Counted from the stretch's first letter, positions 1 through 9,850 are shown. The stretch is DNA of 56,931 bases from Chromatiales bacterium USCg_Taylor (GCA_002007425.1 MUGK01000012.1:1-56931); one strand, 5' to 3'. Made by a program: numbers and translations. Notes: generated from the sequence alone by a model not told the origin.

Positions 1-117
1 TCAATCAGTGAGATCATCCGACATCATGCAGGTTCCCTTACCGTGTTTTTATCTAACTGGCTGATAATACAGTCATATTTGTGGGGATACCTCAGGGTCT
101 GTCCCCTAATTCCCCAG

Positions 118-970
118 ATGAATATTCAGTTGGCCCAGGTGATCTCCGATGTGGTGGGGGAGACGGGTCAGAGAATCATCCGGGCGATCCTGGCGGGCGA
201 ACGCAACGGGCAGGTGTTGGCCAAGCTCAAGCACTTCCGCATTCGGGCCACTGAGGAGGAGATCGCCAAATCCTTGCAGGGTAACTGGCGGGAGGAACAC
301 CTCTTCGCGCTCAAGCAGGCGGTGTCGTTGTATGACGCCTATGCGGCCGAACTGGCCGAATGCGACCGGCAATTGGAATCCATGCTGGGGGCCTTGGCGC
401 GCCATGGCAGAGAGCCTGGCAAAGCCAAACGACGCGCGCGGGCGAAGAACGCACCACGGTTCGACATGCGGACCTATCTGTTTCAGTTGTGCGGGGTGGA
501 TTTGACCCAGATCGATGGGATCGACGTCACCACCGCCTTCAAGGTATTGGCCGAAGTGGGCGCCGATCTGTCGCGCTTCAAAACCGCCAAGCACTTCGCC
601 TCCTGGCTGGGGTTGTGTCCGGGAACGAAGATATCGGGCGGAAAAGTCTTGTCGGGTGCCTCTAAGCGGACCGCAAATCGGGCCGCGCAAGCCCTCAAGC
701 TGGCGGCGGCATCCTTGCGTAGCAGCCGTTCGGCCTTGGGGGCCTATTACCGGCGCTTGGCTGCTCGCATGGACAAGCCCCACGCGGTCACGGCCTGCGC
801 ACATAAGTTGGCAAGACTGACTCTATGCCTTGTTGACGAAAGGCGAAGCCTATGTCGATCAAGGGCAAGCCCACTATGAAGAACGATACCATCAGCGGGT
901 CCTCAGACATCTGACCAAAACGGCCCAAAAGCTTGGCTTTCAATTGATTCCCAATCCCCAATCGGCTTAA
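118..970 (+). pseudogene. IS110-family transposase remnant (N-terminal catalytic domain missing, internal frame change)
   Basis: ORF 43..879 carries the C-terminal IS110-type region (DLTQIDGIDVTTAFKVLAEVGADLSRFKTAKHFASWLGLCPGTKISGGKVLSG, RTANRAAQALKLAA). The first recognisable residue is at ~118, and 1-117 is AT-rich and non-coding, so the DEDD N-terminal domain is absent. After AHKLARL the frame breaks. Moving from frame 1 to frame 2 at ~821 restores a typical tail, LYALLTKGEAYVDQGQAHYEERYHQRVLRHLTKTAQKLGFQLIPNPQSA, ending at TAA 968-970. Confidence 0.75.
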
Positions 971-1029
971 AAAATAACGCTATGAAACCAGGCTATTCAA
1001 ATGTGTTTCTTGAGAGTAGCGTAGAAATT

Positions 1030-1112
1030 GTAGCCTGGGATAGCCGCGCAGCGGCGTAACCCGGGAAACGAAGCTCATTCCCCCGGGTTTCGCTTCGCTC
1101 AAACCCGGCTAC
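1030..1112. repeat. REP/REPIN-like inverted doublet of two GC-rich hairpins (GTAG...CTAC)
   Basis: Unit A (1030-1065) is GTAGCCTGGGATAGCCGCGCAGCGGCGTAACCCGGG, with outer stem CCTGGG/CCCGGG and inner stem GCCGC-GCA-GCGGC. Unit B (1082-1112) is CCCGGGTTTCGCTTCGCTCAAACCCGGCTAC, with stem CCGGGTTT/AAACCCGG. Unit A starts with GTAG and unit B ends with CTAC, its reverse complement. Confidence 0.45.
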
Positions 1113-1572
1113 GCGCTTTGGCTTCCAAGATTCCCTCAACGGAAAACCCTATAGCGTAGCCGCATTCTCCGCCGCCATAGCCGCGCCACTGTCCGAGGTC
1201 GTCTTCCACTTCTGAAAAGTACGCCACGAAGTGTCCCGCCGTTGAAAAATTGCGGTTCGTCAGTGCTTCATCGGCTATGCGCAAGAGGACAGCAAGATTC
1301 TGGTCGGTGTTCTGTACCTGCCGCACTTTGATAGCGTCATGGACTAAATCGCCGAAATATCGATACCCTAATACCAGCTTTCGCTGAAATGACGTACTGA
1401 CGATAATCGGGACGCACGGAAGCTGTTTGAAGCTATACCACCAGAACAACACGGACAAGAGACCGCTCCAAAGGAAGCATTTCACAGGGTTTACAAACTT
1501 GGTTTTTAGTAAAAGCAACCGCACGGGGGAAGCTGAGCTTCCGGAAAAGATAGGTCGAACATCGCCTTGCAA
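1099..1572 (-). CDS. hypothetical protein, possibly a DUF2971-like fragment
   Basis: The C-terminal stretch HFVAYFSEVEDDLGQWRGYGGGECGYAIGF resembles the DUF2971 core (...SqWraYg..G.aigf). The ORF stops right after it at the REP doublet. It overlaps a second broken ORF (1433..1756) in another frame. The region is visibly lower in GC. Confidence 0.3.
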   Translation of the reverse strand: MQGDVRPIFSGSSASPVRLLLLKTKFVNPVKCFLWSGLLSVLFWWYSFKQLPCVPIIVSTSFQRKLVLGYRYFGDLVHDAIKVRQVQNTDQNLAVLLRIADEALTNRNFSTAGHFVAYFSEVEDDLGQWRGYGGGECGYAIGFSVEGILEAKARSRV

Positions 1573-1944
1573 CGACTTTTGCCGGCGTTTCTTTACCCTC
1601 GATGAAGCTGTTCGCGTACCTTGAAGAGTATTTCACTTCAACGTCCACAACACTATTTCCGTCATGCCAGCGAAAGCCAGGGCCAGGGACGGGCCCCGCT
1701 TGACGCCCCAGGATGGAAAGCTGGAATCCATGAGTTTCAATGACTTTATGGATCAACCGGATAATTCATGCACGATGAGTGTATCGCGGTGCTCCCCGTG
1801 ATGCGCTAGGCATCGGACTTGCTTAGCAGTCTGGGCCTAAGACTGGAGAAACGGACCTCCGCGGTCAGACCGCACCATGGTCTTCGGCTTATCGCGCTAG
1901 CCATTCAGCGCGGCTTTCCATCCCTCCGAAGGAGCGAACGCGTC

Positions 1945-2871
1945 ATGGACGATTTAATGTTGTTATGGATCAATTTCACTCGGTCGAAAACCCCGACCGA
2001 GGTGCTGCGGGAGCTCGGCGCCAACTTCACCGTGGACTGGCTGCCGGGCGGCCAGGCGCTTGACGAGAGCGTCCTGCCCTCTGAACCCTGTATCGCCTGC
2101 TTCGACTTCGATGATCCGAGCCCCGAGGGGCTCGCCACCCTGAGCGAATTCAAGCTGCGGCGCCCCTCCATCCCCATCTTGATTCTGTCCTTGCATCACG
2201 ATACGGCGCTGGTGCTATGGGCGCTGCGGGCGCGGGTATGGAATTTTTTCCCGAAGCCTATTCGAGCCTCGGACTTTATCCGAGAAATAGGACCGCTCCG
2301 AAAAATCATCGCGAGCAGGAAGCAAGAACCGGCGAGGGACATTGTCCGGCCCCGGAGCATGGACGCTAGAGATCCTGACGAAAAAAAACCGACTCGATCC
2401 GAATGGGCGGTAATGAAGGCAAAAGAGTACGTCGACGCCCACTTCGCCGAAGACATCAAGGCCAGCGAGGTCGCCACGCACTGCTGCATAAGCTATTTCC
2501 ACTTCAGCCGCAGCTTCAAACGCGCCTGCGGAGAGTCTTTCAACAACTATGTGCAAAGGGAGCGTTGCCGCCGGGCGGCCAAGCTCCTCGAAGACCCGAA
2601 CATGAATATTACGCGCGTCTGCTTCGATGTCGGGTTTAAAGACGCCTCTTACTTCGCACGCGTGTTCAAACAATGCCACGGAGTGACGCCCTCCACCTTT
2701 CGCGGGGGTATGAACGCGCCCGACAGTGCCGTCGAAAACCTTGGCCAGGCGCGTGTCTTCGCCACGGCACCCATGACTTCCGGCGGCTCGGATATTACGG
2801 CGTACACCGAGCAAAAAAATCCTGTGACAGCGCAAAAACGTGCCAGCGGCGGCCGGGCTTCGCGCCGATAA
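1945..2871 (+). CDS. AraC-family transcriptional regulator with receiver-like N-terminal domain
   Basis: C-terminal HTH_18 signature: EYVDAHFAEDIKASEVATHCCISYFHFSRSFKRACGESFNNYVQRERCRRAAKLLEDPNMNITRVCFDVGFKDASYFARVFKQCHGVTPSTF. The N-terminus looks CheY-like (CFDFDDPSPEG...IPILILS...FFPKP). ATG 1945 is preceded by GGAG at 1931. The track ORF starts earlier, at TTG 1819. Confidence 0.85.
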   Translation: MDDLMLLWINFTRSKTPTEVLRELGANFTVDWLPGGQALDESVLPSEPCIACFDFDDPSPEGLATLSEFKLRRPSIPILILSLHHDTALVLWALRARVWNFFPKPIRASDFIREIGPLRKIIASRKQEPARDIVRPRSMDARDPDEKKPTRSEWAVMKAKEYVDAHFAEDIKASEVATHCCISYFHFSRSFKRACGESFNNYVQRERCRRAAKLLEDPNMNITRVCFDVGFKDASYFARVFKQCHGVTPSTFRGGMNAPDSAVENLGQARVFATAPMTSGGSDITAYTEQKNPVTAQKRASGGRASRR

Positions 2872-2971
2872 TACTCGTCCCTGGCAGAGAGTGAAGCGTG
2901 AATGCTTCAGCGGATGAACGGATCGCCATGGAAGTAATTGGATAAATTAACCAACCAGAGGAAGGTACTAT

Positions 2972-3655
2972 ATGAAAACCAAGTTTCTACCCCTTATCGT
3001 AGCAGCGTTATTCCTGGCTACTCCAATAGTTCAGGCGACTGGCAAGCCGCCTGTCAATACCTTCAGTGGGCGGGCATTTGTGGTGCAAGCCAAGGTTCCC
3101 GGACTACTCAGTACCACAATCGCGGACACCGGTAAATTGGAGAACAATTTCCCGAGAGGCGCGGGCGTGCTCGAAGAAAATTACATCGATAAAAACTTGG
3201 ACATCGTGGGGCTGCTCAGTCTCAGTGCTCAGGTCTTACATGCTAAGACCTCAGGGGGAGGGAAGGTGGCTAAGTCTGCGGCCGAGGTAGCTAACCTCCT
3301 CTTAGAAGTCGCTGGGCTTGAGGTGAGTGCCGAACTTGTCACCGCGATGACCAGGGCCCAGTGTGTTTACGGGAAGCCTAAAGCCACTGGCGACTCGCGG
3401 GTATTGAGTCTTTCCATTAATGGGCAGAATATCGAGTTGAATGATGAAGATGGGCCCAATCAGCACACGGAGATCACCGTGCCTGGTGTTGGCATCGTGA
3501 CGGTGGTGCTCGACGAGCAAAAGAGGACGGTTAAGGGCAACAAGGCCGATATTACGGTGAATGCCGTGCATATCAAAGTGACCAATCTGTTAGGGTTAGT
3601 TACTGCGGAAGCTATCCTCTCCTCGACGCACTCCGATATTACCTGCGGAAAATAG
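2972..3655 (+). CDS. secreted hypothetical protein (signal peptide; beta-rich, C-terminal Cys)
   Basis: RBS GGAAGG lies upstream of ATG 2972. The signal peptide is MKTKFLPLIVAALFLATPIVQA|TG. The mature part has no enzyme motif I recognise. Segments such as ADTGKL, LSINGQNIEL, VVLDEQ and ITVNAVHIKV...SSTHSDITCGK recall choice-of-anchor-type secreted proteins; this is from memory and unverified. Confidence 0.7.
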   Translation: MKTKFLPLIVAALFLATPIVQATGKPPVNTFSGRAFVVQAKVPGLLSTTIADTGKLENNFPRGAGVLEENYIDKNLDIVGLLSLSAQVLHAKTSGGGKVAKSAAEVANLLLEVAGLEVSAELVTAMTRAQCVYGKPKATGDSRVLSLSINGQNIELNDEDGPNQHTEITVPGVGIVTVVLDEQKRTVKGNKADITVNAVHIKVTNLLGLVTAEAILSSTHSDITCGK

Positions 3656-3688
3656 AAACCGGCTCGTTGCTTAACGGTTTCGTCTGGT

Positions 3689-3720
3689 AATCGGCCCCTT
3701 TAAGGGGCCGATTTCTTTCC
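3689..3720 (+). terminator. rho-independent terminator after the secreted-protein gene
   Basis: Perfect 10-bp stem AATCGGCCCC (3689-3698) / GGGGCCGATT (3704-3713), loop TTTAA, followed by TCTTTCC. Confidence 0.7.
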
Positions 3721-3787
3721 TATAGCTTTTGGTTATCCCTTCCCTTCCAGGAGAACATCCTTTGCTTATCCAGAACTGACGTTATTA

Positions 3788-3912
3788 GTGCCCCCAGTGC
3801 GGCGGCACCTGAAGATCATCGCCGTCATCGAACATCCCCCGGTGATAGCCAAGATCCTCGCTCATCCAGGCTTGTCCGCCCGGGCACCGCCCCGATCTCC
3901 AGCGCGGCTAAA
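3788..3912 (+). pseudogene. C-terminal fragment of an IS91/ISCR-type (rolling-circle) transposase
   Basis: LKIIAVIEHPPVIAKILAHPGLSARAPPRSPAR matches the characteristic IS91-family tail (..riIAfIedppvi.kIL.HLGL...pP...pAR). No upstream catalytic part is present. Confidence 0.5.
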
Positions 3913-3932
3913 GGGGCCACGGTCGATATTGC

Positions 3933-4025
3933 TCATAATCCAAGCTCTGCCTGCCACTCGGCCTTTTTCGTCGTTAGCAACACATGCACGTGACGGGTCA
4001 TCAGGACGTAGGCGCGCCAGGGCGC
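3933..4025 (-). pseudogene. fragment of a Y1 (IS200-like / REP-associated, RAYT-type) transposase
   Basis: WRAYVLMTRHVHVLLTT matches the hallmark aYvlMtNHvHLLltp block of COG1943/Y1 transposases. Only about 30 codons are recognisable, ending in a stop at 3933. Confidence 0.45.
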
Positions 4026-4080
4026 AGTCAGCTTCTTTGCATGCCGCGCCCAGCCAGTAAAGAAGGGCGAGATTTCCTCG

Positions 4081-4197
4081 GCAAAGAAGCGCGCTGAGGG
4101 CAAAACCCACAACCAGGCCGTCCGTGCCCTCGGACGCCAGCTGGCGCGCGTCATCTGGTCTCTGATCAAACACCAACGCCATTACGAAATTCGATGA
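4081..4197 (+). pseudogene. C-terminal fragment of a second IS110-family transposase
   Basis: AKKRAEGKTHNQAVRALGRQLARVIWSLIKHQRHYEIR* is the typical extreme C-terminus of IS110-family proteins (GK.h..A..AlaRkLarviw.l). Nothing upstream matches the family. Confidence 0.5.
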
Positions 4198-4226
4198 ACA
4201 CTACTTAAAAATTCCAGAGGGATGTT

Positions 4227-4290
4227 CAGGTCTCGACTTATTAGTTTGCGTATCCTATGTACGCTACGCAAACTAATAAGTCGAGACCTG
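4227..4290. repeat. perfect 26-bp inverted repeat (large hairpin), 12-nt loop
   Basis: CAGGTCTCGACTTATTAGTTTGCGTA (4227-4252) / TACGCAAACTAATAAGTCGAGACCTG (4265-4290). It is AT-rich relative to its surroundings. It sits between the transposase fragments and the 3' end of prmB (stop at 4345). Confidence 0.9.
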
Positions 4291-4344
4291 ACCTCGTGCC
4301 TTTCGTGCACTGCCGACGGTAATTTAGCGCTTTGCCTATGTCGG

Positions 4345-5262
4345 TCAGTAGGATCCTCCATCACTAAAATGCGCCCGCAACGCGTCGGCCTCGATTAAGA
4401 ACACCCCGTCCTCGCCGCGCGTGAACTCGAGCCAAACAAAGGGGAGGCGCGGATAACGCTGCTCGAGGGCGCCGGCGCCCTCGCCGACTTCGACAACAAG
4501 GACACCCTTTTCGGTGAGGTGACCGGAAGCCCCATCAAGAATACGGCTGATGACGGCGAGGCCGTCGGGGCCGCCATCGAGGCCGAGGGCGGGCTCGTGG
4601 CGGTGCTCGGCGCTAAGCGCCGCCATATGCCGCGCCGGGACATAAGGCGGGTCGCTCACGATGAGATCGTAGCGTTCCGAAGCGAGCGCGGCGAATACGT
4701 CGGATCGCAGTACCCGCACGCGGTCTTGAACCTGATGGCGCATGACATTGCGCCGCGCTACCTCCAAGGCCCGCGGGGAAAGATCGACGGCATCGACCCG
4801 CGCCTCGGGAAACGCCAGCGCACAGGCGACGGCGATGCAGCCGCTCCCGGTGCCGATATCGAGGATGCGATGGACCTCGCCCACCCAAGGCGAGAAACCG
4901 GATTCGATGAGTTCCCCAATAGGCGATCGCGGTACCAGCACCTGTTCGTTCACATAAAACGGCAAGCCCGCGAACCAAGCCTCGCCGAGTAGATACGCGG
5001 CCGGCTTGCGCGTCTGCACGCGTTGCCGCAGGAGCCCCACCACGCGGGCTTTTTCTTCCTCGCTCAGCCGGCGGTCGAGCCTGTCCTCGGAGGTATCGAA
5101 GCGCAGCCCGAGCGCATGGAAGACCAGCAGCACCGCTTCCTCGCGCGCGTTCGTGGTCCCGTGGGCAAAACACAACCCGGCGCCGAGAAAGCGGCCCTCG
5201 GCCCAATAAACCAACTCACGTGCGCTGTGCGCCTCGGCGAGACTGGGGGCGCGTTCGCGCAC
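4345..5262 (-). CDS. prmB: 50S ribosomal protein L3 glutamine N5-methyltransferase (HemK-family, PrmB-type)
   Basis: PrmB-type N-terminus (GLCFAHGTTNAREEAVLLVFHALGL), SAM motif ILDIGTGSGCIAV, catalytic SDPPYVP (NPPY-type). Its ~305 aa length fits PrmB rather than PrmC. Confidence 0.85.
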   Translation of the reverse strand: MRERAPSLAEAHSARELVYWAEGRFLGAGLCFAHGTTNAREEAVLLVFHALGLRFDTSEDRLDRRLSEEEKARVVGLLRQRVQTRKPAAYLLGEAWFAGLPFYVNEQVLVPRSPIGELIESGFSPWVGEVHRILDIGTGSGCIAVACALAFPEARVDAVDLSPRALEVARRNVMRHQVQDRVRVLRSDVFAALASERYDLIVSDPPYVPARHMAALSAEHRHEPALGLDGGPDGLAVISRILDGASGHLTEKGVLVVEVGEGAGALEQRYPRLPFVWLEFTRGEDGVFLIEADALRAHFSDGGSY

Positions 5263-5276
5263 GGCTCGCGCCTGCT

Positions 5277-7163
5277 TTATGCGGCCTCGCCGCTGATGAC
5301 CAAGAACAATTCGTTGAGCCGGTGGACGAAACCGGCCGGATCATCGAGCCGTCCGCCCTCGCTCAGGAGGGCTTGGTCGAAGAGGATGCGCGCCCAATCC
5401 TCGAATCGGGGCCCTTCTACTTCGCGCCGAAGGCGGCGCACGATGGGGTGTTCGGGATTGATCTCCAGGATGGGCGGCGTCGCCGGCAAGTCCTGGCCCG
5501 CGGCCTTGAGCAGGCGTTCCAGATGGGCGCCGAGCTCGTGCTCATCGGCAACCAGACAGGCCGGTGAGATCGTCAAGCGGTGAGTCACCCGCACCTCCTT
5601 GACCCGCTCGGCCAGGCTCTTGCGGATCCGCTCGACGAGATCCTTGTACTCACCGGCCTCGGTTTCTGCCGCTGCCTTGTCGTCCTTATCTTCCAGCGCC
5701 CCGAGATCGAGTGCGCCCTTGCTGACCGATTTCAAGGGCTTCCCGCTGTACTCGGTTAGATGGGTCACGGCCCACTCATCCACCGGATCGGACAGCAGCA
5801 GGACTTCGAGGCCCTTTTTGCGGAATACCTCGAGATGCGGGCTATTCTTGGCGGTAGCAAAACCGTCGGCGACGACATAATAGATCGCACTCTGCCCCTC
5901 CTTCATACGGGTCACGTAGTCATCGAGCGAGACCTCTTGCTCCTCGCTGTCGGTATGCGTGCTCGAGAAGCGGGCGAGCTTCGCCAGCCGATCCCGGTTC
6001 GAGGCGTCCTCGATAAAACCTTCCTTGAGGACCCGGCCGAAGGTCTTCCAAAATACCCCGTATTCGCCCTTGGTCACCAGCTCTTCCAGGAGCCCCAAGA
6101 CCTTTTTTACGGCGCCCGCGCGCATCCCGTCGATGATCTTATTGTCCTGCAGGATCTCACGCGAGATGTTGAGGGGCAGATCGTTGGAATCGACGACACC
6201 GCGCACGAAGCGCAGGTAACGCGGCATCAACTGCGTGGCGTCATCCATGATAAACACCCGGCGCACGAAAAGTTTCACCCCTCGCCGGCGTTCGGGGTCC
6301 CAGAGGTCGAAAGGCACGTGCTTCGGGATGAAGAGCAGCAGAGTGTATTCGAGCTTGCCCTCGACCTTGCTGTGGATGCGGGCGAGCGGTGCCTCGTGGT
6401 CATGGGCCACGTGTTTATAAAACTCGTTGTATTCTTCGTCGCTGATCTCGCTCTTCGGCCGCGACCAGAGCGCGGTCGCCGCGTTCACCCGCTCAAAGCC
6501 GCTCGCGTCCTTGCCTTCCTTGGGCATGAGGATCGGTAAGGTGATGTGGTCCGAATACTTGCCGATGATGTTGCGCAACCGGTAACCGTTCAGGAATTCT
6601 TCCTCGCCGGTGCGTAGCTTCAGAACCACCTCGGTGCCGCGCAGTTTACGCGGCACCGTACGAACGCTGTACTCGCCTTTCCCATCGGACTGCCAACGCA
6701 CTCCTTCCTCGGCGCCCAAGCCCGCACGCCGGGTCGTGACGGTGACCTCCTCGGCGACGATGAACGCAGAGTAAAATCCCACCCCGAATTGCCCGATGAG
6801 CTGTGAGTCTTTCTGCCGGTCGCCGGTCATTGCCTTGAGAAATTCCTGGGTGCCCGATTTGGCGATGGTCCCGAGGTTTTCGACCACCTCTTGGCGTGAC
6901 ATACCGATGCCGTTGTCACGCACCGTGATCGTCTTGAGGTTCTCGCTATACTCCACTTCGATCTTGATCTCGCTGTCGCTTTCGAATAACGCTGCGTTGC
7001 CGAGTGCCTCGAAGCGCAGCCTCTCGGCCGCGTCGGACGCATTGGAGATGAGCTCGCGGAGAAATATCTCTTTATTGCTGTAAAGCGAATGGATCATCAG
7101 GTCCAGCAACTGGCGGACCTCGGCCTGGAAACCTCGGGTTTCCGTCTGGGTATCATGACTCAT
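5277..7163 (-). CDS. htpG: molecular chaperone HtpG (Hsp90)
   Basis: [48 protein letters not shown], 628 aa, full length. Confidence 0.97.
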   Translation of the reverse strand: MSHDTQTETRGFQAEVRQLLDLMIHSLYSNKEIFLRELISNASDAAERLRFEALGNAALFESDSEIKIEVEYSENLKTITVRDNGIGMSRQEVVENLGTIAKSGTQEFLKAMTGDRQKDSQLIGQFGVGFYSAFIVAEEVTVTTRRAGLGAEEGVRWQSDGKGEYSVRTVPRKLRGTEVVLKLRTGEEEFLNGYRLRNIIGKYSDHITLPILMPKEGKDASGFERVNAATALWSRPKSEISDEEYNEFYKHVAHDHEAPLARIHSKVEGKLEYTLLLFIPKHVPFDLWDPERRRGVKLFVRRVFIMDDATQLMPRYLRFVRGVVDSNDLPLNISREILQDNKIIDGMRAGAVKKVLGLLEELVTKGEYGVFWKTFGRVLKEGFIEDASNRDRLAKLARFSSTHTDSEEQEVSLDDYVTRMKEGQSAIYYVVADGFATAKNSPHLEVFRKKGLEVLLLSDPVDEWAVTHLTEYSGKPLKSVSKGALDLGALEDKDDKAAAETEAGEYKDLVERIRKSLAERVKEVRVTHRLTISPACLVADEHELGAHLERLLKAAGQDLPATPPILEINPEHPIVRRLRREVEGPRFEDWARILFDQALLSEGGRLDDPAGFVHRLNELFLVISGEAA

Positions 7164-7285
7164 GGGTTTAAAATCTCCGGATAAAACGCTGCGCCGTCAT
7201 CGCTAGCAAGCGTACGGACGTTTCTAAGTGTATCGACTAGGCTCGTTGCGTTGCAACGGACTGCGTATCCGCTACACTGACCCGC

Positions 7286-9850
7286 ATGGCGGCGAGCGCG
7301 GATCGCGGCGGCGAACATACGCCCATGATGAAGCAATTTCTTGGCATCAAGGGGGACTTCCCGGAGATGCTTTTGTTCTACCGCATGGGTGATTTCTACG
7401 AGCTATTTTATGACGACGCCGAGAAAGCCGCGGGCTTACTGGACATTGTCCTGACCACGCGCGGGAGCTCGGCCGGGGCGCCCATCCCGATGGCGGGCGT
7501 GCCGGTGCACGCGGTGGATTCGTACTTGGCCAAGCTCGTGCGCATGGGATACTCGGTCGCGATTTGCGAACAAGTGGGCGAGCAGTCGGGCAAAGCGCCG
7601 ATGGAACGGCGCGTCACGCGTATCGTTACCCCGGGTACCCTGACCGACGAGCCGTTGCTCGAAGAACGCCGCGACAACCTGCTGGCGGCGGTGCACGCGC
7701 AAGGGGAGCGTATCGGCCTCGCCACGTTGGACCTCGCCAGCGGCAGGTTCAGCGTCCTCGAAATCACGGGGCGCGAGGCGCTTGGCGGCGAGATTGAGCG
7801 GCTGCAGCCTGCCGAGTTGCTCTTAAGCGAAGCGTCCGATCTCGTGCCGTGGTTTACCGCGGACCCACGCCTGCGCCGGCGGCCGCCTTGGCATTTCGAT
7901 ACCGAGCACGCCAAACGCGCATTAGCCCAGCAGTTTGAGGTCCAAGACCTGGCGGGTTTCGGGTGCGAAGACCTGGACGTCGCCTTGGCGGGGGCCGGGG
8001 GCCTGTTGCAATATGCGCGGGATACCCAACGCACCGCCTTGCCGCATTTATGCAAGCTCTGCGTGGAACGGCGGGAGGAGAGCTTGATCCTCGACGCCGC
8101 GACGCGCCGCAATCTGGAAATAAACCAGAGCCATTTCGGAGCCAAGGAGCACAGCCTCATCGGCATCATGGATAGCTCGGTGACGCCCATGGGCAGCCGC
8201 ATGTTGCGGCGTTGGTTGAATCGCCCGATCCGCGACCAAGCCAGGCTCCGTCACCGTTATCACGCGATCGGCGCCCTGCTGATGAATGCCCTCTGGCACG
8301 GATTGCGGCAGCCGCTGCGGGCGATCGGGGATATCGAACGCATACTGGCCCGCATCGCGCTCCGGTCGGCGCGTCCTCGGGACCTCGTTCAGCTCCGGAA
8401 CGCGCTCGAAGCCTTGCCGGAATTGAGCCGCCGGCTCGATGAGATCGACAGTCCCGGGCTGCAATCGCTCGCCCAAGCGATCGCGGGATTTCCCGAGCTG
8501 CGCACCTTACTTCAGGCGGCCATCGCGGAGGATCCCGCGGCCTATGTAAACGATGGCGGTGTCATCGCGACGGGTTACGACCGCGAGCTCGACGATTTGC
8601 GGCGCTTGCGCGATGACGTCGGGCAGGTGCTGGTTGCGATCGAAGCCCGAGAGCGCGAACGCACGGGCATCGGAAACCTCCGAGTCGGCTACAACCGCGT
8701 GCACGGCTATTACCTCGAGATCGGCCGGGCTCATCAGCAGAAAATCCCGGCGGATTACGTGCGCAGGCAGACGCTCAAGGCGGCGGAAAGGTATATCACG
8801 CCGGAACTGGCCGCGCTCGAATCCGAAGCGCTCCGGGCGGGCCAGCGGGCGCTCGACAAGGAAAAAGAGATTTACCAAGAGATCCTCACGCGCTTGATTC
8901 AACAACTGCCGATGCTGCAAGCGGCGAGCGCCGCCGTGGCCGAAGCCGATGTATTCGCGTCGTTTGCCGAACGAGCCGAGACGCTCGCTCTGAACGCCCC
9001 GGCCCTTTGCGGCGACAGCGGGGTGTCAATCGAAGGCGGTCGGCACTTGGTGATCGAACGGGTTCGCGAGACACCTTTTGTGCCCAATACTCTTTACCTC
9101 GGCGATGAGCGGCGCATGCTGATGATCACCGGCCCGAACATGGGCGGCAAATCGACCTATATGCGGCAGACGGCGTTGATCGTGATCCTCGCCTACAGCG
9201 GGTGTTACGTTCCGGCCGCGAAGGCGAAAATTGGTCCGTTGGATCGCGTCTTTACGCGCATCGGCGCGGCGGATGATTTGGCGAGTGGACGTTCCACGTT
9301 CATGGTCGAAATGACCGAAACCGCTAACATTCTCAACAACGCGACCTCGCAGAGCTTGGTCTTGATCGATGAGATTGGACGGGGCACCAGCACCTTCGAC
9401 GGATTGTCGCTCGCGTGGGCGACCGCCGAACACTTAGCGCGGGAAATACGTGCCTATACGCTGTTCGCGACGCACTATTTCGAGTTAACAGAGTTGGCCG
9501 CCGAAATGGAAGGGGTGGCGAATGTGCATTTTGATGCCGTGGAACACGGTGATCGGCTCGTCTTTTTGCACTCGGTGCAAGAAGGCCCCGCAAATCAAAG
9601 CTACGGGCTGCAGGTGGCGCGGATGGCCGGAGTCCCCGGTGCCGTGGTAAGCCGTGCCCGGGACAAGCTGCAGCGGCTGGAACGGCGGCGACGGTTGGAG
9701 ACGCCTCAACCGTCCGCGCCACAGATGGAGTTATTCGATGAGGTCGCGGAACCGCCAGCCCTCACGGCGCTGCGCGCCTTGGAACCCGATGGCTTAAGCC
9801 CGCGGCGAGCTTTGGAAGAGATATACCGCTTGCGCGCGCTGGTGGAATAG
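7286..9850 (+). CDS. mutS: DNA mismatch repair protein MutS
   Basis: [34 protein letters not shown], Walker [30 protein letters not shown], 854 aa. Confidence 0.97.
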   Translation: MAASADRGGEHTPMMKQFLGIKGDFPEMLLFYRMGDFYELFYDDAEKAAGLLDIVLTTRGSSAGAPIPMAGVPVHAVDSYLAKLVRMGYSVAICEQVGEQSGKAPMERRVTRIVTPGTLTDEPLLEERRDNLLAAVHAQGERIGLATLDLASGRFSVLEITGREALGGEIERLQPAELLLSEASDLVPWFTADPRLRRRPPWHFDTEHAKRALAQQFEVQDLAGFGCEDLDVALAGAGGLLQYARDTQRTALPHLCKLCVERREESLILDAATRRNLEINQSHFGAKEHSLIGIMDSSVTPMGSRMLRRWLNRPIRDQARLRHRYHAIGALLMNALWHGLRQPLRAIGDIERILARIALRSARPRDLVQLRNALEALPELSRRLDEIDSPGLQSLAQAIAGFPELRTLLQAAIAEDPAAYVNDGGVIATGYDRELDDLRRLRDDVGQVLVAIEARERERTGIGNLRVGYNRVHGYYLEIGRAHQQKIPADYVRRQTLKAAERYITPELAALESEALRAGQRALDKEKEIYQEILTRLIQQLPMLQAASAAVAEADVFASFAERAETLALNAPALCGDSGVSIEGGRHLVIERVRETPFVPNTLYLGDERRMLMITGPNMGGKSTYMRQTALIVILAYSGCYVPAAKAKIGPLDRVFTRIGAADDLASGRSTFMVEMTETANILNNATSQSLVLIDEIGRGTSTFDGLSLAWATAEHLAREIRAYTLFATHYFELTELAAEMEGVANVHFDAVEHGDRLVFLHSVQEGPANQSYGLQVARMAGVPGAVVSRARDKLQRLERRRRLETPQPSAPQMELFDEVAEPPALTALRALEPDGLSPRRALEEIYRLRALVE

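Noticed and set aside
7164-7285. Heat-shock (sigma-32) promoter expected upstream of htpG in the htpG-mutS divergent region, and a small palindrome GTTGCAAC.
   Set aside because: Only weak resemblance to CTTGAAA-N13-15-CCCCAT was found (ACTTAGAAA..., CTTGCTA...GCGTTTTAT). This is not convincing without a position weight matrix scan.
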